Shown: positions 28,952 to 39,117 of the stretch, piece after piece
Position numbering within the stretch: position 1 is the first letter of the stretch
Layout of the letters: each line of letters begins with the position of its first letter
DNA from: Reichenbachiella sp.
GTDB taxonomy: Bacteria > Bacteroidota > Bacteroidia > Cytophagales > Cyclobacteriaceae
Direction: 5' to 3'
Assembly (NCBI RefSeq): GCF_039969095.1
Contig: NZ_JBDVOL010000017.1
Coordinates: 94,039-158,038 of the forward strand
Length of the DNA: 64,000 nucleotides
Translations under genes and position numbers: made by a program
Notes under the pieces: generated by a model
Told to the model about the DNA's origin: nothing
Databases searched by the model: none
The model's input: the letters and a program-made list of their open reading frames with translations, nothing else

Positions 28952-29743
28952 ATGACTCCATTTAACACATTAGGAAATCAATCAAAGTTGCCTAAAATAG
29001 ATGTGGACAAATATCTGCAAAGAATAAAATGCCAAAGAGAAAGGGTACCTAACCTCAAATATTTAAAATCTCTTCATAAGTCTCATTTAATAAATATCCC
29101 TTTTGAGAATCTCGACATCCACATGGGCAATCAGATTATTTTGGATGTAAAAAGAATATATAATAAAATCGTTTTGAATAAGCGTGGAGGCTTCTGTTAT
29201 GAATTGAACGGGCTATTCTATCACTTGCTTTCCCAACTTGGGTTCAGCTGTCATCTTATTTCTGCTCAGACTTATGAAGACGGAGAATTGAGACCCCCCT
29301 TTGATCATGCAGCTATTCTAGTTCATTTCGAAGATCAGATTTATTTAGTGGATGTAGGATTTGGAGACCTTTTTCTTCAGCCCAAGTTGCTACAGGTCGG
29401 TTTAGTGCAGATGGACTACAACCGATATTTCAGAATCGACAAAACCATTGATGATGAATACATACTCCATCTGTCTGAAAATTCAATTGATTTTGAACCG
29501 AAGTATCTTTTTACTGCTAAGGAACGACAATTAATTGAATTTATAGATAGGTGTGACGATCATCAAAACAACAAAAATTCACATTTCAGAAAGCAAAAAC
29601 TAATCACAAGAGCCACGCCCATTGGCAGAGTCACATTAACTGATTCGAAATTGACTATTACTGAAATTGGTAAAAAGGAGAAACAAAACATCCTGAATCT
29701 TGACGAATTCCGTGTCAAGCTTAAGGAGTATTTTGGCATTTGA
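28952..29743 (+). CDS. Arylamine N-acetyltransferase (NAT family)
   Basis: IPFENLDI and KRGGFCYELNGLF (catalytic Cys motif), with downstream His (DHAAILV) and Asp (VDVGFGD) residues matching the Cys-His-Asp triad order. Confidence 0.8.
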   Translation: MTPFNTLGNQSKLPKIDVDKYLQRIKCQRERVPNLKYLKSLHKSHLINIPFENLDIHMGNQIILDVKRIYNKIVLNKRGGFCYELNGLFYHLLSQLGFSCHLISAQTYEDGELRPPFDHAAILVHFEDQIYLVDVGFGDLFLQPKLLQVGLVQMDYNRYFRIDKTIDDEYILHLSENSIDFEPKYLFTAKERQLIEFIDRCDDHQNNKNSHFRKQKLITRATPIGRVTLTDSKLTITEIGKKEKQNILNLDEFRVKLKEYFGI

Positions 29744-29757
29744 TCGATCCGAAATAG

Positions 29758-32679
29758 TTAGACCAGCGCATCCCAAAGCACTTCTACCGTATGTTTGGCA
29801 ATTTTGCCAGTGCCATCTTTAATCTGATGACGACAACTTGTACCTGGAGCAGCAATAATGGTATCCGAAGATGCTTTTCTTACCGCTGGAAAAAGCACCA
29901 ACTCACCTACTTTCATAGATACCTCATAGTGGTTTTTTTCATAACCAAATGAGCCAGCCATACCACAACAGCCAGATTGAATGACCTCTACTTTATAATT
30001 TTCAGGAATGGAAAGTGTGTCTTTCAAAGTCTGAATAGAGGATAATGCCTTTTGGTGACAATGTCCGTGAACTTTTAAGTTTCGTTGCTCTCTGGAAAAC
30101 TTCTCCTTTTTGATATTTCCCCGGCGTGTTTCTCTCGCCAAAAATTCTTCAATAGTCATTGAGGCATCAGCCAATTTTTTAGCTTTTTCTCTTAATGACT
30201 CACTGACTAAATCTGGATACTCATCCCTAATGGTTAGAATGGTAGAAGGCTCTATTCCGATTAATGGAATTTCATTTGACACCAAGTCTACTAGTAACTC
30301 TACATTCTGATCTGCAATGGTTTTAGCTTTCTTCACCATCCCTTTTGAAATTAAGGCACGGCCAGATTCCTTGTGTTCAGGAATAATAACGTTATAGCCC
30401 AATTTGTCGAGCAGTTTAATCGCTTTAATGCCTATTTCGCCATCCAAATAGTTGGTAAATTCATCACAAAAGACATAGACCTTTTTGTCCGATTGTCGGC
30501 TTAGTAATTTTCCTTTCTTCTGATTGTACCAGCTGCTCATCGTACGAGACGCAATCGGAGGCATAGAGCGATCCTGATGTACGCCCATGATTGCCTTGGC
30601 AATCCCGCCTGTCAGTTTGTTGCCAAATACAAAATTGTAAAGAGCAGGCACCTTAGAAGCCAATTTCATATTCGTGGCAAACTCACCCATCATACGTGTT
30701 TGGATCGGCAATCCATTGGCGTCATAATAATTCTGTTGGAATTCGGCCTTGAGTCTAGCCATATCTACATTCGAAGGGCATTCAGATTTACAGCCTTTGC
30801 AAGACAAGCAGAGGTCGAGTACTTCTTTGATTTCCTCATTGTCGAACTTGTTGGCTTTGTCGGAATGCGTTAGAATTTCTCTCAAGATATTGGCTCGTGC
30901 CCTAGTGGTGTCTTTTTCATTCTGAGTAGCCATGTAGCTCGGACACATCGTGCCTCCGCTTCCAGCAGATTTTCTACAATCTCCAGAACCATTGCAGAGT
31001 TCAGCCGAGCGAAGTACACCTTGATTTTTATCCCAATTGAAATAGGTTTTGATTTCATCGTCTTTCTGATCCGAGGTATATCTTAGACAGGAATCCATGG
31101 GAGGAGTGTCTGTAATTTTACCCGGGTTGAATATACCATTAGGATCCCAAGCCTTTTTTATTTCTTTGAGCAGCTCGTAGTTCTTTTCTCCGATTTGTTC
31201 TTTGATAAACTCTCCTCTCAATCGACCATCTCCATGTTCGCCACTCAATGAGCCTTTATATTTTTTTACCAACTTGGAGATTTCCTCGGCCACTACCCTG
31301 AACATCTTGTGACCTTCTTCTGTCTTCAAGTTGAGAATAGGTCTCAAGTGCAACTCTCCAGATCCTGCATGTGCGTAATGCACACATTTCATGTCGTATT
31401 TGTCCAGCGTTTCATTAAATTCTTTGATATAAGCAGGCAGATCATTTACATCTACTGCAGTATCTTCAATCACTGGCTGTGCTTTGGCATCTCCTGGGAT
31501 GTTTGCCAATAAGCCGAGACCCGCTTTTCGTAAATTCCATATTTTACCAACATCCCCCCCTTTGAGAACTGGATAATGATAACCAAGCTTTTCCTTCTTC
31601 AAATTAGAAATCAAGTCCAACACCAAATTATCCAAATCTTCATCGTTGGAAGCTGCTAATTCTACCACCAATATTGCTCCCGGATCTCCCTCGATAAAAA
31701 ATCTATTCTTTTGCTGCTCGATGTTTTCCTTAGTGCATTCGAGTATGTAATGATCAATCAATTCGCAGGCATGTGGGCCATATTTAAGGGCTACCAAATT
31801 GGCCAACAGAGACTCGTTGACATCTTCACAATGAATACAAATGAGTGCTTTGTCCTTTGGAGGAATGGGTATTGTCCCTGCTTTGATTTCTGTGATGAAC
31901 ATCAAAGTACCCTCTGACCCCGCCACTAGTTTGCAGAAGTTGAATGGCTCACCATCTTTTTTGAAAGGCTGATTTATAGCCAAAAGATCGATTGCATATC
32001 CCGTGTTTCTTCTAGGAATCGAAGACTTTGGAAATTCTTTTTCTATTTCTGCTCGGTACTCTTCAGAAGAGAGCATTTTTTGCACATTGCGATAGACTTC
32101 ACCTTCGAGCGTATCGAGTGTCAACTTTTCTTCGAAATCATTAGCCGAAAGGCTGGAAAATGTGACCTCACTGCCATCTGAAAGATAGCCAGAGACTTCC
32201 AGTAAGTGATCTCTCGTGCTACCATAAACCACCGAATTGGAGCCACAAGAATTGTTACCCACCATTCCACCAATCATGGCTCTATTGGCTGTAGAAGTCT
32301 CCGGGCCAAAGTACAAACCAAAAGGCTTCAAGTGTCTATTGAGGTCATCCCTGATCACACCGGGCTGAACTTTCACCCAATTTTCTTTTTCGTTAACCTC
32401 TAGGACTTTATTGAAATGTTTGGAGACATCAACTACAATTCCACTACCAACCACTTGACCAGCTAAAGAGGTGCCAGCTGTTCTAGGAATCAATGAAGTT
32501 TTGTTTGTATTTGCAAAAGCTATAAGCGCTTGTAAATCGGATTTGGATTTGGGAAGTGCAACAGCCAAAGGCAACTCTCTATAAGCTGAGGCATCAGTGG
32601 CATACAGCTTGCGCAATGTCTCATCCCAGTACAACTCTCCTTCGAGTTTCTTCGCCAATCCTTTTAGTGCACTTTCCAT
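29758..32679 (-). CDS. FAD-linked oxidase fused to a 4Fe-4S / CCG-domain module (YdiJ / GlcD-GlcF-like 2-hydroxyacid dehydrogenase)
   Basis: 973 aa. N-terminal FAD_binding_4 (IPRTAGTSLAGQ), a central FAD-oxidase C domain, ferredoxin motifs CNGSGDCRK...CP and CLSCKGCKSECP, and C-terminal Cys-rich CCG repeats (CCGMAGSFG). Confidence 0.85.
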   Translation of the reverse strand: MESALKGLAKKLEGELYWDETLRKLYATDASAYRELPLAVALPKSKSDLQALIAFANTNKTSLIPRTAGTSLAGQVVGSGIVVDVSKHFNKVLEVNEKENWVKVQPGVIRDDLNRHLKPFGLYFGPETSTANRAMIGGMVGNNSCGSNSVVYGSTRDHLLEVSGYLSDGSEVTFSSLSANDFEEKLTLDTLEGEVYRNVQKMLSSEEYRAEIEKEFPKSSIPRRNTGYAIDLLAINQPFKKDGEPFNFCKLVAGSEGTLMFITEIKAGTIPIPPKDKALICIHCEDVNESLLANLVALKYGPHACELIDHYILECTKENIEQQKNRFFIEGDPGAILVVELAASNDEDLDNLVLDLISNLKKEKLGYHYPVLKGGDVGKIWNLRKAGLGLLANIPGDAKAQPVIEDTAVDVNDLPAYIKEFNETLDKYDMKCVHYAHAGSGELHLRPILNLKTEEGHKMFRVVAEEISKLVKKYKGSLSGEHGDGRLRGEFIKEQIGEKNYELLKEIKKAWDPNGIFNPGKITDTPPMDSCLRYTSDQKDDEIKTYFNWDKNQGVLRSAELCNGSGDCRKSAGSGGTMCPSYMATQNEKDTTRARANILREILTHSDKANKFDNEEIKEVLDLCLSCKGCKSECPSNVDMARLKAEFQQNYYDANGLPIQTRMMGEFATNMKLASKVPALYNFVFGNKLTGGIAKAIMGVHQDRSMPPIASRTMSSWYNQKKGKLLSRQSDKKVYVFCDEFTNYLDGEIGIKAIKLLDKLGYNVIIPEHKESGRALISKGMVKKAKTIADQNVELLVDLVSNEIPLIGIEPSTILTIRDEYPDLVSESLREKAKKLADASMTIEEFLARETRRGNIKKEKFSREQRNLKVHGHCHQKALSSIQTLKDTLSIPENYKVEVIQSGCCGMAGSFGYEKNHYEVSMKVGELVLFPAVRKASSDTIIAAPGTSCRHQIKDGTGKIAKHTVEVLWDALV

Positions 32680-32912
32680 GGTGGCAAAATTATGGTTTTC
32701 ACAACATAATCACCTTTAGCTTAGATGTACTTTTCTTTGGCAACTCATTATTTTGAATAATTATAAATTTCATGTTGAAATATTGTAAATTTTGTACGAG
32801 GTGTTCATGGGTCACCTAATCTACATTTCACGATAGATTAAGCTTAAATTATTACTTTTAAGGCAATTTCAACAACGAACTAATTTTACTTGTCCCAGCA
32901 AGTTCAATCAAA

Positions 32913-33746
32913 ATGGATCAAGATTACTCTAACATGAAAAAATGGCAACAAAAGATACATGAAGTAATCTTTGGTTATCATACCGCAGCTGGAAGGTTAT
33001 TTGACTTGGCGCTGTTAGTTGCCATTTTGACCAGTGTGTTGATCGTAATGCTAGAAAGTGTAAACGACATAGAAACACACTATGGCGAAGAGCTTCGAAT
33101 GATCGAGTGGGGATTTACCTTCCTGTTTTCTATAGAATATCTCGCACGTATTTTATCTTCACCCAGACCTCTGAAGTATGTAACTAGTTTTATGGGCATC
33201 GTAGATTTACTCTCGCTCGTACCTACCTATCTCAGTTTCTTTATCGTTGGCACCCACTCCTTATCTGTGATCCGCTCTTTTAGACTGATTCGGGTATTCC
33301 GGATTTTGAAGTTGACGCACTTCATGGGTGGTGCACAGCAGCTCGGTACTGCGCTGTGGGGAAGTAGGCACAAGATAGTGGTCTTCATGGGTACGGTCGT
33401 CTGTATTGTGGTCATCGCTGGTACGATGATGTATTTGATCGAAGGCGGTAAAAATGGTTTTACCAGCATCCCAAAAAGCATCTATTGGGCGATTGTGACG
33501 ATTACCACAGTAGGTTATGGAGACATTGCTCCGCAGACCATATTTGGGCAGACGGCTGCATCTGTTTTAATGATTTTAGGATATGCTATCATAGCTGTCC
33601 CAACCGGTATTGTAACTAGCCAAATGATGACAGATGCTAGAAAATTGGGGCCAGTGACCTGTTCAAATTGTGGTGAAGATGATTTGCCAAAGCGATCCAG
33701 GTTTTGTTTGAACTGCGCGGCTAGACTTAACAACCCACCGGGTTAG
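32913..33746 (+). CDS. Voltage-gated-type K+ channel (6 TM, canonical TVGYGD filter) with a C-terminal zinc-ribbon
   Basis: S4 helix SVIRSFRLIRVFRILKLTHF, pore segment YWAIVTITTVGYGDI, and the tail CSNCGEDDLPKRSRFCLNCAARL (CxxC-x11-CxxC). Confidence 0.85.
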   Translation: MDQDYSNMKKWQQKIHEVIFGYHTAAGRLFDLALLVAILTSVLIVMLESVNDIETHYGEELRMIEWGFTFLFSIEYLARILSSPRPLKYVTSFMGIVDLLSLVPTYLSFFIVGTHSLSVIRSFRLIRVFRILKLTHFMGGAQQLGTALWGSRHKIVVFMGTVVCIVVIAGTMMYLIEGGKNGFTSIPKSIYWAIVTITTVGYGDIAPQTIFGQTAASVLMILGYAIIAVPTGIVTSQMMTDARKLGPVTCSNCGEDDLPKRSRFCLNCAARLNNPPG

Positions 33747-33784
33747 TATATTATTTCAATATCTAGAAGTCTTATCACGAACCA

Positions 33785-34498
33785 TTAGTAATTATCGTTT
33801 CTTGGCCCGTTGTATTTAAATCTTCTGGCAAAACCAATTCCAATAGTATAGTCGCCCACAGCATTCATCAAATAACCTCCATTAATATCCACTTGTGTTT
33901 CAGAATTAATTAAATACATAAAGGAAGTATGTAGCTGTTGCCAATATTCGTGATGCCAATATTCACCAGTTATTGTGAACTTATCACCTATCCCATAGGC
34001 CAGAGTAACATCGCCAAAATACCCGTCCCCAGCCTTTCCAGCATTTACAAAGCCAACTAGATTATCCGACAGTTTTTTATTTACCGCGACTCGATAGCCC
34101 AAAACCTGAAAATTTTGCTCAGAATCGGATGCATTCACTTTTGTTCCCATATTGACAGAGAAACCGACGCCTGGTTTGTTACCTTCTGGTTGTAGCATCA
34201 TCCACTTTACGCCGAACGTTGCAAATTTATATTCTAGAGACGGCACCATAACTCGTATTTCTGTGGATCTTGAAAGCGACGCTCTAAACATAGCATCATA
34301 CGCCATACTTTCACCAGATACGTCCACATACTGAGCACCTTGTTCGTATTGAAAACTATGCTCTGGCAATACCCAGGGGCCTACTGATAAGGTGGGTCTA
34401 GTTGTTGCTATATTTTCTTGAGCCAAAGAGTTTTGAGATAGAAAAATGGTGCAAATAGAAACTATAAGAACTATAGACTTCAAGCGAATTTGAATCAT
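33785..34498 (-). CDS. Outer-membrane beta-barrel protein (MetA-pathway / transporter-family-like)
   Basis: Signal peptide, then TTRPTLSVGPWVLPEHSFQYEQG and alternating amphipathic strands. About 237 aa. Confidence 0.55.
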   Translation of the reverse strand: MIQIRLKSIVLIVSICTIFLSQNSLAQENIATTRPTLSVGPWVLPEHSFQYEQGAQYVDVSGESMAYDAMFRASLSRSTEIRVMVPSLEYKFATFGVKWMMLQPEGNKPGVGFSVNMGTKVNASDSEQNFQVLGYRVAVNKKLSDNLVGFVNAGKAGDGYFGDVTLAYGIGDKFTITGEYWHHEYWQQLHTSFMYLINSETQVDINGGYLMNAVGDYTIGIGFARRFKYNGPRNDNY

Positions 34499-34693
34499 GA
34501 TTTGAGCATTATATGTAATCTACATGAAGATATAACTTATCTGCATTATATTAATCTTTAACAGAATTATTTCATGAATATACAACAAGGCCTACTTATT
34601 CAAAATATACTTACTTTTGACATTTAGAATTAAATTTCATTGCTTAAGCATTACTGAAGGCAACAAAAAATCATATTCCCGTATTAGATAGAT

Positions 34694-36352
34694 ATGAAAT
34701 TGAAGGGTAAAGTAAAAAATATTATAATCGGTGGGGTTCTGCTACCAGTATTTCTGATCAGTATTTTTTCCTTTTCAAGTGATGATAAACACTTCGAAAT
34801 GGCAAAAAATCTTGAGATTTTTGCTTCACTCTACTCTGAAATCAACAAGTATTATGTTGATGATGTAAATCCTAACACTTTGATTAGAACAAGCATCGAT
34901 GCCATGCTTGAAAAATTAGATCCGTATACGGTCTATATCCCAGAAGACGATATTGAGGATTTTAGAACCAATGCTACAGGAGAATATGGAGGACTGGGAA
35001 TCCAGTCAAATAAAATTAATGACGAACATATAGTGCTCAATCTCTATGAAAATTCTCCTGCTATGAAAGCAGGAATTAAAATTGGTGATGTGATAACAGA
35101 AGTAGATGGAGTTCCATTGACCAATCTATCTGACGAACAAGCTGGCAAATTGATGAAGGGTCAGTCAGGCTCTGACATCCAAGTAAAAATATTGCGGAAT
35201 GGCACTGAAAAATTCAATTTTACAACTAAAAGAGAAAAAATAGTAATTCCTAACATCAGTTATTTTACGGTACTAAACAATTCAACTGGATATCTTCGAT
35301 TAAGTGAATTTACCAGGGATGCAGCGGATGATGTCAAAAAAACTGTCTTAGAGTTAAAAGAAAAAGGCGCAACCAAATTGATCATTGATCTCAGAGAAAA
35401 TCCTGGGGGCCTACTCAATGAAGCAGTGGATATCTGCAATTTATTCGTTCCAAAAGGATCCAAAATTGTAGATACCAGAGGGAAAATAGATGCGCAGAGT
35501 CATTCATATAATGCTCAATCTGAACCTTTAGATTTAAATATTCCAATTGCCGTTGTTATCAACGACGGTAGTGCTTCCGCCTCAGAGATCGTTTCAGGTG
35601 TGCTTCAGGATTATGACAGAGCGGTGGTCATTGGTCAAAAATCATACGGTAAAGGATTGGTTCAAGTATCAAGAAAGTTGTCCTTCAACTCTCAACTTAA
35701 AGTAACAACTGCCAAATATTACATCCCAAGTGGAAGGTGTATCCAAGCATTAGACTATGCCCAGCGAAAAGCAGATGGTAGCGCTACAAAAGTAGCCGAC
35801 TCATTAAAAACAGAATTTCGTACCACTAACAACAGAATTGTGTATGATGGAGGAGGAATTGATCCAGATATAATCGTTTCCAAACCGACGCCTTCGTCAT
35901 ATGCTGAAAATCTTTCCGAAAGTGGATTGATATTCGAATATGCAACAAACTACTATTACGCTCATGATAGCATAGATTCTCCTCAAAACTTTCAACTATC
36001 AGATGAAGAGTATCAAGAATTTGTGCTTTGGATGAAAACAAAAAGTTTTGACAACCCTTCCCAAGTAGAAAACACGTTAGAACTTCTAAAAGAAGCCGCT
36101 ACAGAGGACGATGTTTACAATAAGTTGATTTCTGAAATTGAAAACATTGGAACTTCTGTTGAAAAAATAAAATCAAATGGTTTAACCACTTTCAAAACAG
36201 AAATAAAAAATCAACTCGAAAAACAAATCATTTTGAGATACTACTATACATCTGGTCAAGTAGAGGCAGCACTCAATAAAGATGAAGAAATCAAAGAGGC
36301 TCTTAAAATTCTGAATGATACTGATTCGTACGAAGCCAAATTAAACGGCTAG
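34694..36352 (+). CDS. S41 family C-terminal processing peptidase with PDZ domain
   Basis: PDZ domain (SPAMKAGIKIGDVITEVDG). Catalytic region INDGSASASEIVSGVLQDYDRAVVIGQKSYGKGLVQ with the Ser/Lys dyad. Confidence 0.85.
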   Translation: MKLKGKVKNIIIGGVLLPVFLISIFSFSSDDKHFEMAKNLEIFASLYSEINKYYVDDVNPNTLIRTSIDAMLEKLDPYTVYIPEDDIEDFRTNATGEYGGLGIQSNKINDEHIVLNLYENSPAMKAGIKIGDVITEVDGVPLTNLSDEQAGKLMKGQSGSDIQVKILRNGTEKFNFTTKREKIVIPNISYFTVLNNSTGYLRLSEFTRDAADDVKKTVLELKEKGATKLIIDLRENPGGLLNEAVDICNLFVPKGSKIVDTRGKIDAQSHSYNAQSEPLDLNIPIAVVINDGSASASEIVSGVLQDYDRAVVIGQKSYGKGLVQVSRKLSFNSQLKVTTAKYYIPSGRCIQALDYAQRKADGSATKVADSLKTEFRTTNNRIVYDGGGIDPDIIVSKPTPSSYAENLSESGLIFEYATNYYYAHDSIDSPQNFQLSDEEYQEFVLWMKTKSFDNPSQVENTLELLKEAATEDDVYNKLISEIENIGTSVEKIKSNGLTTFKTEIKNQLEKQIILRYYYTSGQVEAALNKDEEIKEALKILNDTDSYEAKLNG

Positions 36353-36398
36353 AATATCTCTTTGTTTTCAAATATATTGCGACAATATTCTTATTCAT

Positions 36399-37310
36399 AT
36401 GTATGAAAATTTAGATCACGTCGCTCTTTCCTTTAATAAAGAATCTTTACTCTTATTAAATGCTTGTATCGCCCTAATTATGTTTGGAGTGGCACTTGAC
36501 TTAAAAATCCATCATTTTAAATACTTACTCAAAGCGCCAAAACCCATTTTTATTGGATTAGTGTCTCAACTTCTTCTTTTGCCTCTTCTTACTTTCGTAT
36601 TGGTGTTTTTGCTAGAACCGTCGCCAAGTATGGCGCTCGGCATGATGCTAGTAGCTGCCTGCCCAGGAGGAAATGTGTCTAATTTTTATGCTAGTTTGTC
36701 CAATGGTAATGTCGCCCTTTCTGTTAGTCTGACGGCGATAACTTCATCTTTGGCATTCATAACTACTCCACTAAATTTTACATTTTGGGCCAACCAATAC
36801 CAACCTACAGCCTCTATTTTACAAGCTGTAAAACTCGATATTTTAGATGTGGTTGTAACCGTCATTTTCATTTTGGTTATCCCACTAGCCCTTGGCATGT
36901 ATGTCAATAAAAAATACCCAAAAACCACTTTAAAAATTGCCAAACCCATCAAGCGTCTCTCTATTATTATCTTTGCAGCATTCATAGTTGGTGCCCTAAC
37001 CTCAAATTTTAATCACTTCGTAGATTACATTTTCAATTTTCTAGTTCTAGTGCTCATTCACAATGCACTGGCGCTGACTACAGGATTTTCATTAGCCAAG
37101 TTTTTCAAGTTGGGACAACCTGAAACTCGAAGTATCGCGATTGAAACAGGCATCCAAAATTCAGGGTTGGCACTGGTGATTATCTTTGACTATTTCAATG
37201 GACTTGGAGGAATGGCCATTATTGCTGCGTGGTGGGGTGTATGGCACTTGATATCAGGAGCCATCCTTTCCTGGCAATGGTCATCCAAATCTTCACTTGC
37301 TATTCCTTAG
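36399..37310 (+). CDS. Bile acid:sodium symporter (BASS) family transporter
   Basis: About 9-10 TM segments. VAACPGGNVSNF and ETGIQNSGLAL are the two signature BASS motifs. Confidence 0.8.
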   Translation: MYENLDHVALSFNKESLLLLNACIALIMFGVALDLKIHHFKYLLKAPKPIFIGLVSQLLLLPLLTFVLVFLLEPSPSMALGMMLVAACPGGNVSNFYASLSNGNVALSVSLTAITSSLAFITTPLNFTFWANQYQPTASILQAVKLDILDVVVTVIFILVIPLALGMYVNKKYPKTTLKIAKPIKRLSIIIFAAFIVGALTSNFNHFVDYIFNFLVLVLIHNALALTTGFSLAKFFKLGQPETRSIAIETGIQNSGLALVIIFDYFNGLGGMAIIAAWWGVWHLISGAILSWQWSSKSSLAIP

Positions 37311-37396
37311 CAATTTTTTCTCAAAAAATCATATTAAAACTCACCCTTTTTTGTACTTTTGGAATATCCCATTTACTAATTCTACTATTTGAATAA

Positions 37397-37615
37397 ATGA
37401 AGACTGAATTCATTTGGTACAATCCCGCTGAGAAGGAATATCAATTCGGAGACAAAAAACGATACATTGATACTATTAGAAATAGTAATCAGTCTCATAA
37501 TTTTGTCATCCTTGATCGGTTTCCCAACATAAGCTCCGACTTCAGAAATAAGCTGATTTCGAAATTGAGATCCCTCAATTCAATGAGCAAATCGGGCATT
37601 ATGGAGTTTATTTAA
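37397..37615 (+). CDS. Small hypothetical protein (72 aa)
   Basis: Only an intact ORF with a reasonable non-hydrophobic composition. No recognisable family. Confidence 0.35.
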   Translation: MKTEFIWYNPAEKEYQFGDKKRYIDTIRNSNQSHNFVILDRFPNISSDFRNKLISKLRSLNSMSKSGIMEFI

Positions 37616-37792
37616 CCTCCAAAATTTATTAATCCTTCATATTCTAGTACTGGTCGACGCCATATGGCTTCTTGTCGAATCACCGTTTTTTTTGCAATGG
37701 TGATCGAGTCATTCTATTCGTCCATCGAATATAAAATTCTAGGATGGTTTTGCTTTATATACTTGTATCAAGAAAGCGCAGTTTATGAGAAT

Positions 37793-37824
37793 CCAAGTTC
37801 TATAGTAGAACTTGGGTTTTCTTT
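37793..37824 (+). terminator. Rho-independent terminator-like hairpin with T-tract
   Basis: Perfect 10-bp stem CCAAGTTCTA / TAGAACTTGG with a 3-nt loop, followed by GTTTTCTTT. It lies 180 nt after the nearest upstream plus-strand stop. Confidence 0.55.
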
Positions 37825-37903
37825 AAAACTAAAAAAATTACCATAAGGTCCGAATAATTAGCTATTGGAAAGATTCGGAATAGGTCGTATGAATTGGAAT
37901 TTT

Positions 37904-37936
37904 AAAACACTTCTTCTACTCTTGAAGAGGTGTTTT
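37904..37936 (-). terminator. Bidirectional terminator abutting the hemB stop codon
   Basis: 13-bp stem AAAACACTTCTTC / GAAGAGGTGTTTT with one G-U pair and a 7-nt loop. T-runs follow on both strands. Confidence 0.6.
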
Positions 37937-38908
37937 TTATTTTATCAACTGCGCAGCTTCTTTCGCAAAATAAGTCAGGATTACTTTAGCACCTGCTCGC
38001 TTCATACTCAATAGCATTTCCATCATAGTACTGTCATTGTCGAGCCATCCTTTTTGAGCAGCAGCTTTAATCATGGCATACTCTCCAGACACATTGTATG
38101 CTGCTATCGGCAGATCAAAATTGTCTCGAAGTAATTTAATGACATCCAAATAGGCCAAAGCCGGTTTGACCATTAGAAAGTCCGCACCTTCTTCTTCATC
38201 GAGTTCAGCTTCAATAATAGCTTCTCTTAAATTGGCTGGGTTCATTTGATAAGTCTTTTTATCTCCAGACTTTGGAGCTGAGTCTAAAGCATCCCTGAAT
38301 GGCCCATAGAATGCACTTGCATATTTTGCTGTGTAAGACATAATTGAAGTGTCCTCAAAACCATTATCATCTAAAATATCTCTGATATATTCAACTCTAC
38401 CATCCATCATATCAGAAGGACCTATGATGTCAACTCCTGTTTCAGCCTGTGCTAATGCCATTGCGCCCAGCACTTCTAATGATTCATCATTTAGAATGTT
38501 TCCATACTCATCTACAATACCATCATGACCATCCGTGCTATATGGATCCATCGCCACGTCTGTCATGATACAAGCTTCAGGAAACTTTTCTTTAATCTGT
38601 TCTAATGCCTTCAAATAAAAGAAATCAGGGTTGTGACTTTTAGTAGCCAGCTTGTCTTTATGCTTTTCTTCGACCACAGGAAAAATATCAAAAGACATTA
38701 TGCCAAGATTCATACAATCTTCAATTTCCTTAAGCATCAAGTCAATTGTAAGTCTATGAATACCAGGCATAGACTCCACCTCTACAGACTGAGACTTGCC
38801 TTCCAATAGAAACAAGGGGTACATAAAATCATGCGTGGAAAGTCTGGTTTCTTCAACCATATTTCTTATCGCAGACGTTTTTCTATTTCTTCTGGGTCGT
38901 CTTAACAT
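37937..38908 (-). CDS. hemB: Porphobilinogen synthase (delta-aminolevulinate dehydratase)
   Basis: MLRRPRRNRKTSAIRNMV is the conserved N-terminus, so the start is moved to the Met at 38908 (track ORF extends to 38956). Also MVKPALAYLDVI (Schiff-base Lys) and YNVSGEYAM. Confidence 0.93.
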   Translation of the reverse strand: MLRRPRRNRKTSAIRNMVEETRLSTHDFMYPLFLLEGKSQSVEVESMPGIHRLTIDLMLKEIEDCMNLGIMSFDIFPVVEEKHKDKLATKSHNPDFFYLKALEQIKEKFPEACIMTDVAMDPYSTDGHDGIVDEYGNILNDESLEVLGAMALAQAETGVDIIGPSDMMDGRVEYIRDILDDNGFEDTSIMSYTAKYASAFYGPFRDALDSAPKSGDKKTYQMNPANLREAIIEAELDEEEGADFLMVKPALAYLDVIKLLRDNFDLPIAAYNVSGEYAMIKAAAQKGWLDNDSTMMEMLLSMKRAGAKVILTYFAKEAAQLIK

Positions 38909-39117
38909 GAGGTTTTTTCTGCAAATGTAAAAAGATGAATGGAAATGCCTATTCAAATACCAGTCTAGTGCCGTTTATATCTTGTACAATAACGACATCT
39001 ATCCTAATAAACTACCGTTCGTGTAGCTTTTTCATACTTTTTATTGTAAATTATTCCTTTCCATAAGGGATTCTTCTGTCCCAGATTGTTAAATATTCAG
39101 ACACCGAGGCGCGAGAT

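Noticed and set aside
37664-37846. 60-aa hydrophobic ORF in the 37.6-37.9 kb intergenic region
   Set aside because: It reads through the perfect 10-bp terminator hairpin at 37793-37824 and has no family resemblance. The region is treated as a possible sRNA or 3' UTR instead.
38909-38956. 16-codon N-terminal extension of hemB in the track ORF
   Set aside because: The conserved porphobilinogen synthase N-terminus (MLRRPRRNR) begins at the internal Met. The extension (MNRHFHSSFYICRKNL) looks like read-through of upstream sequence.
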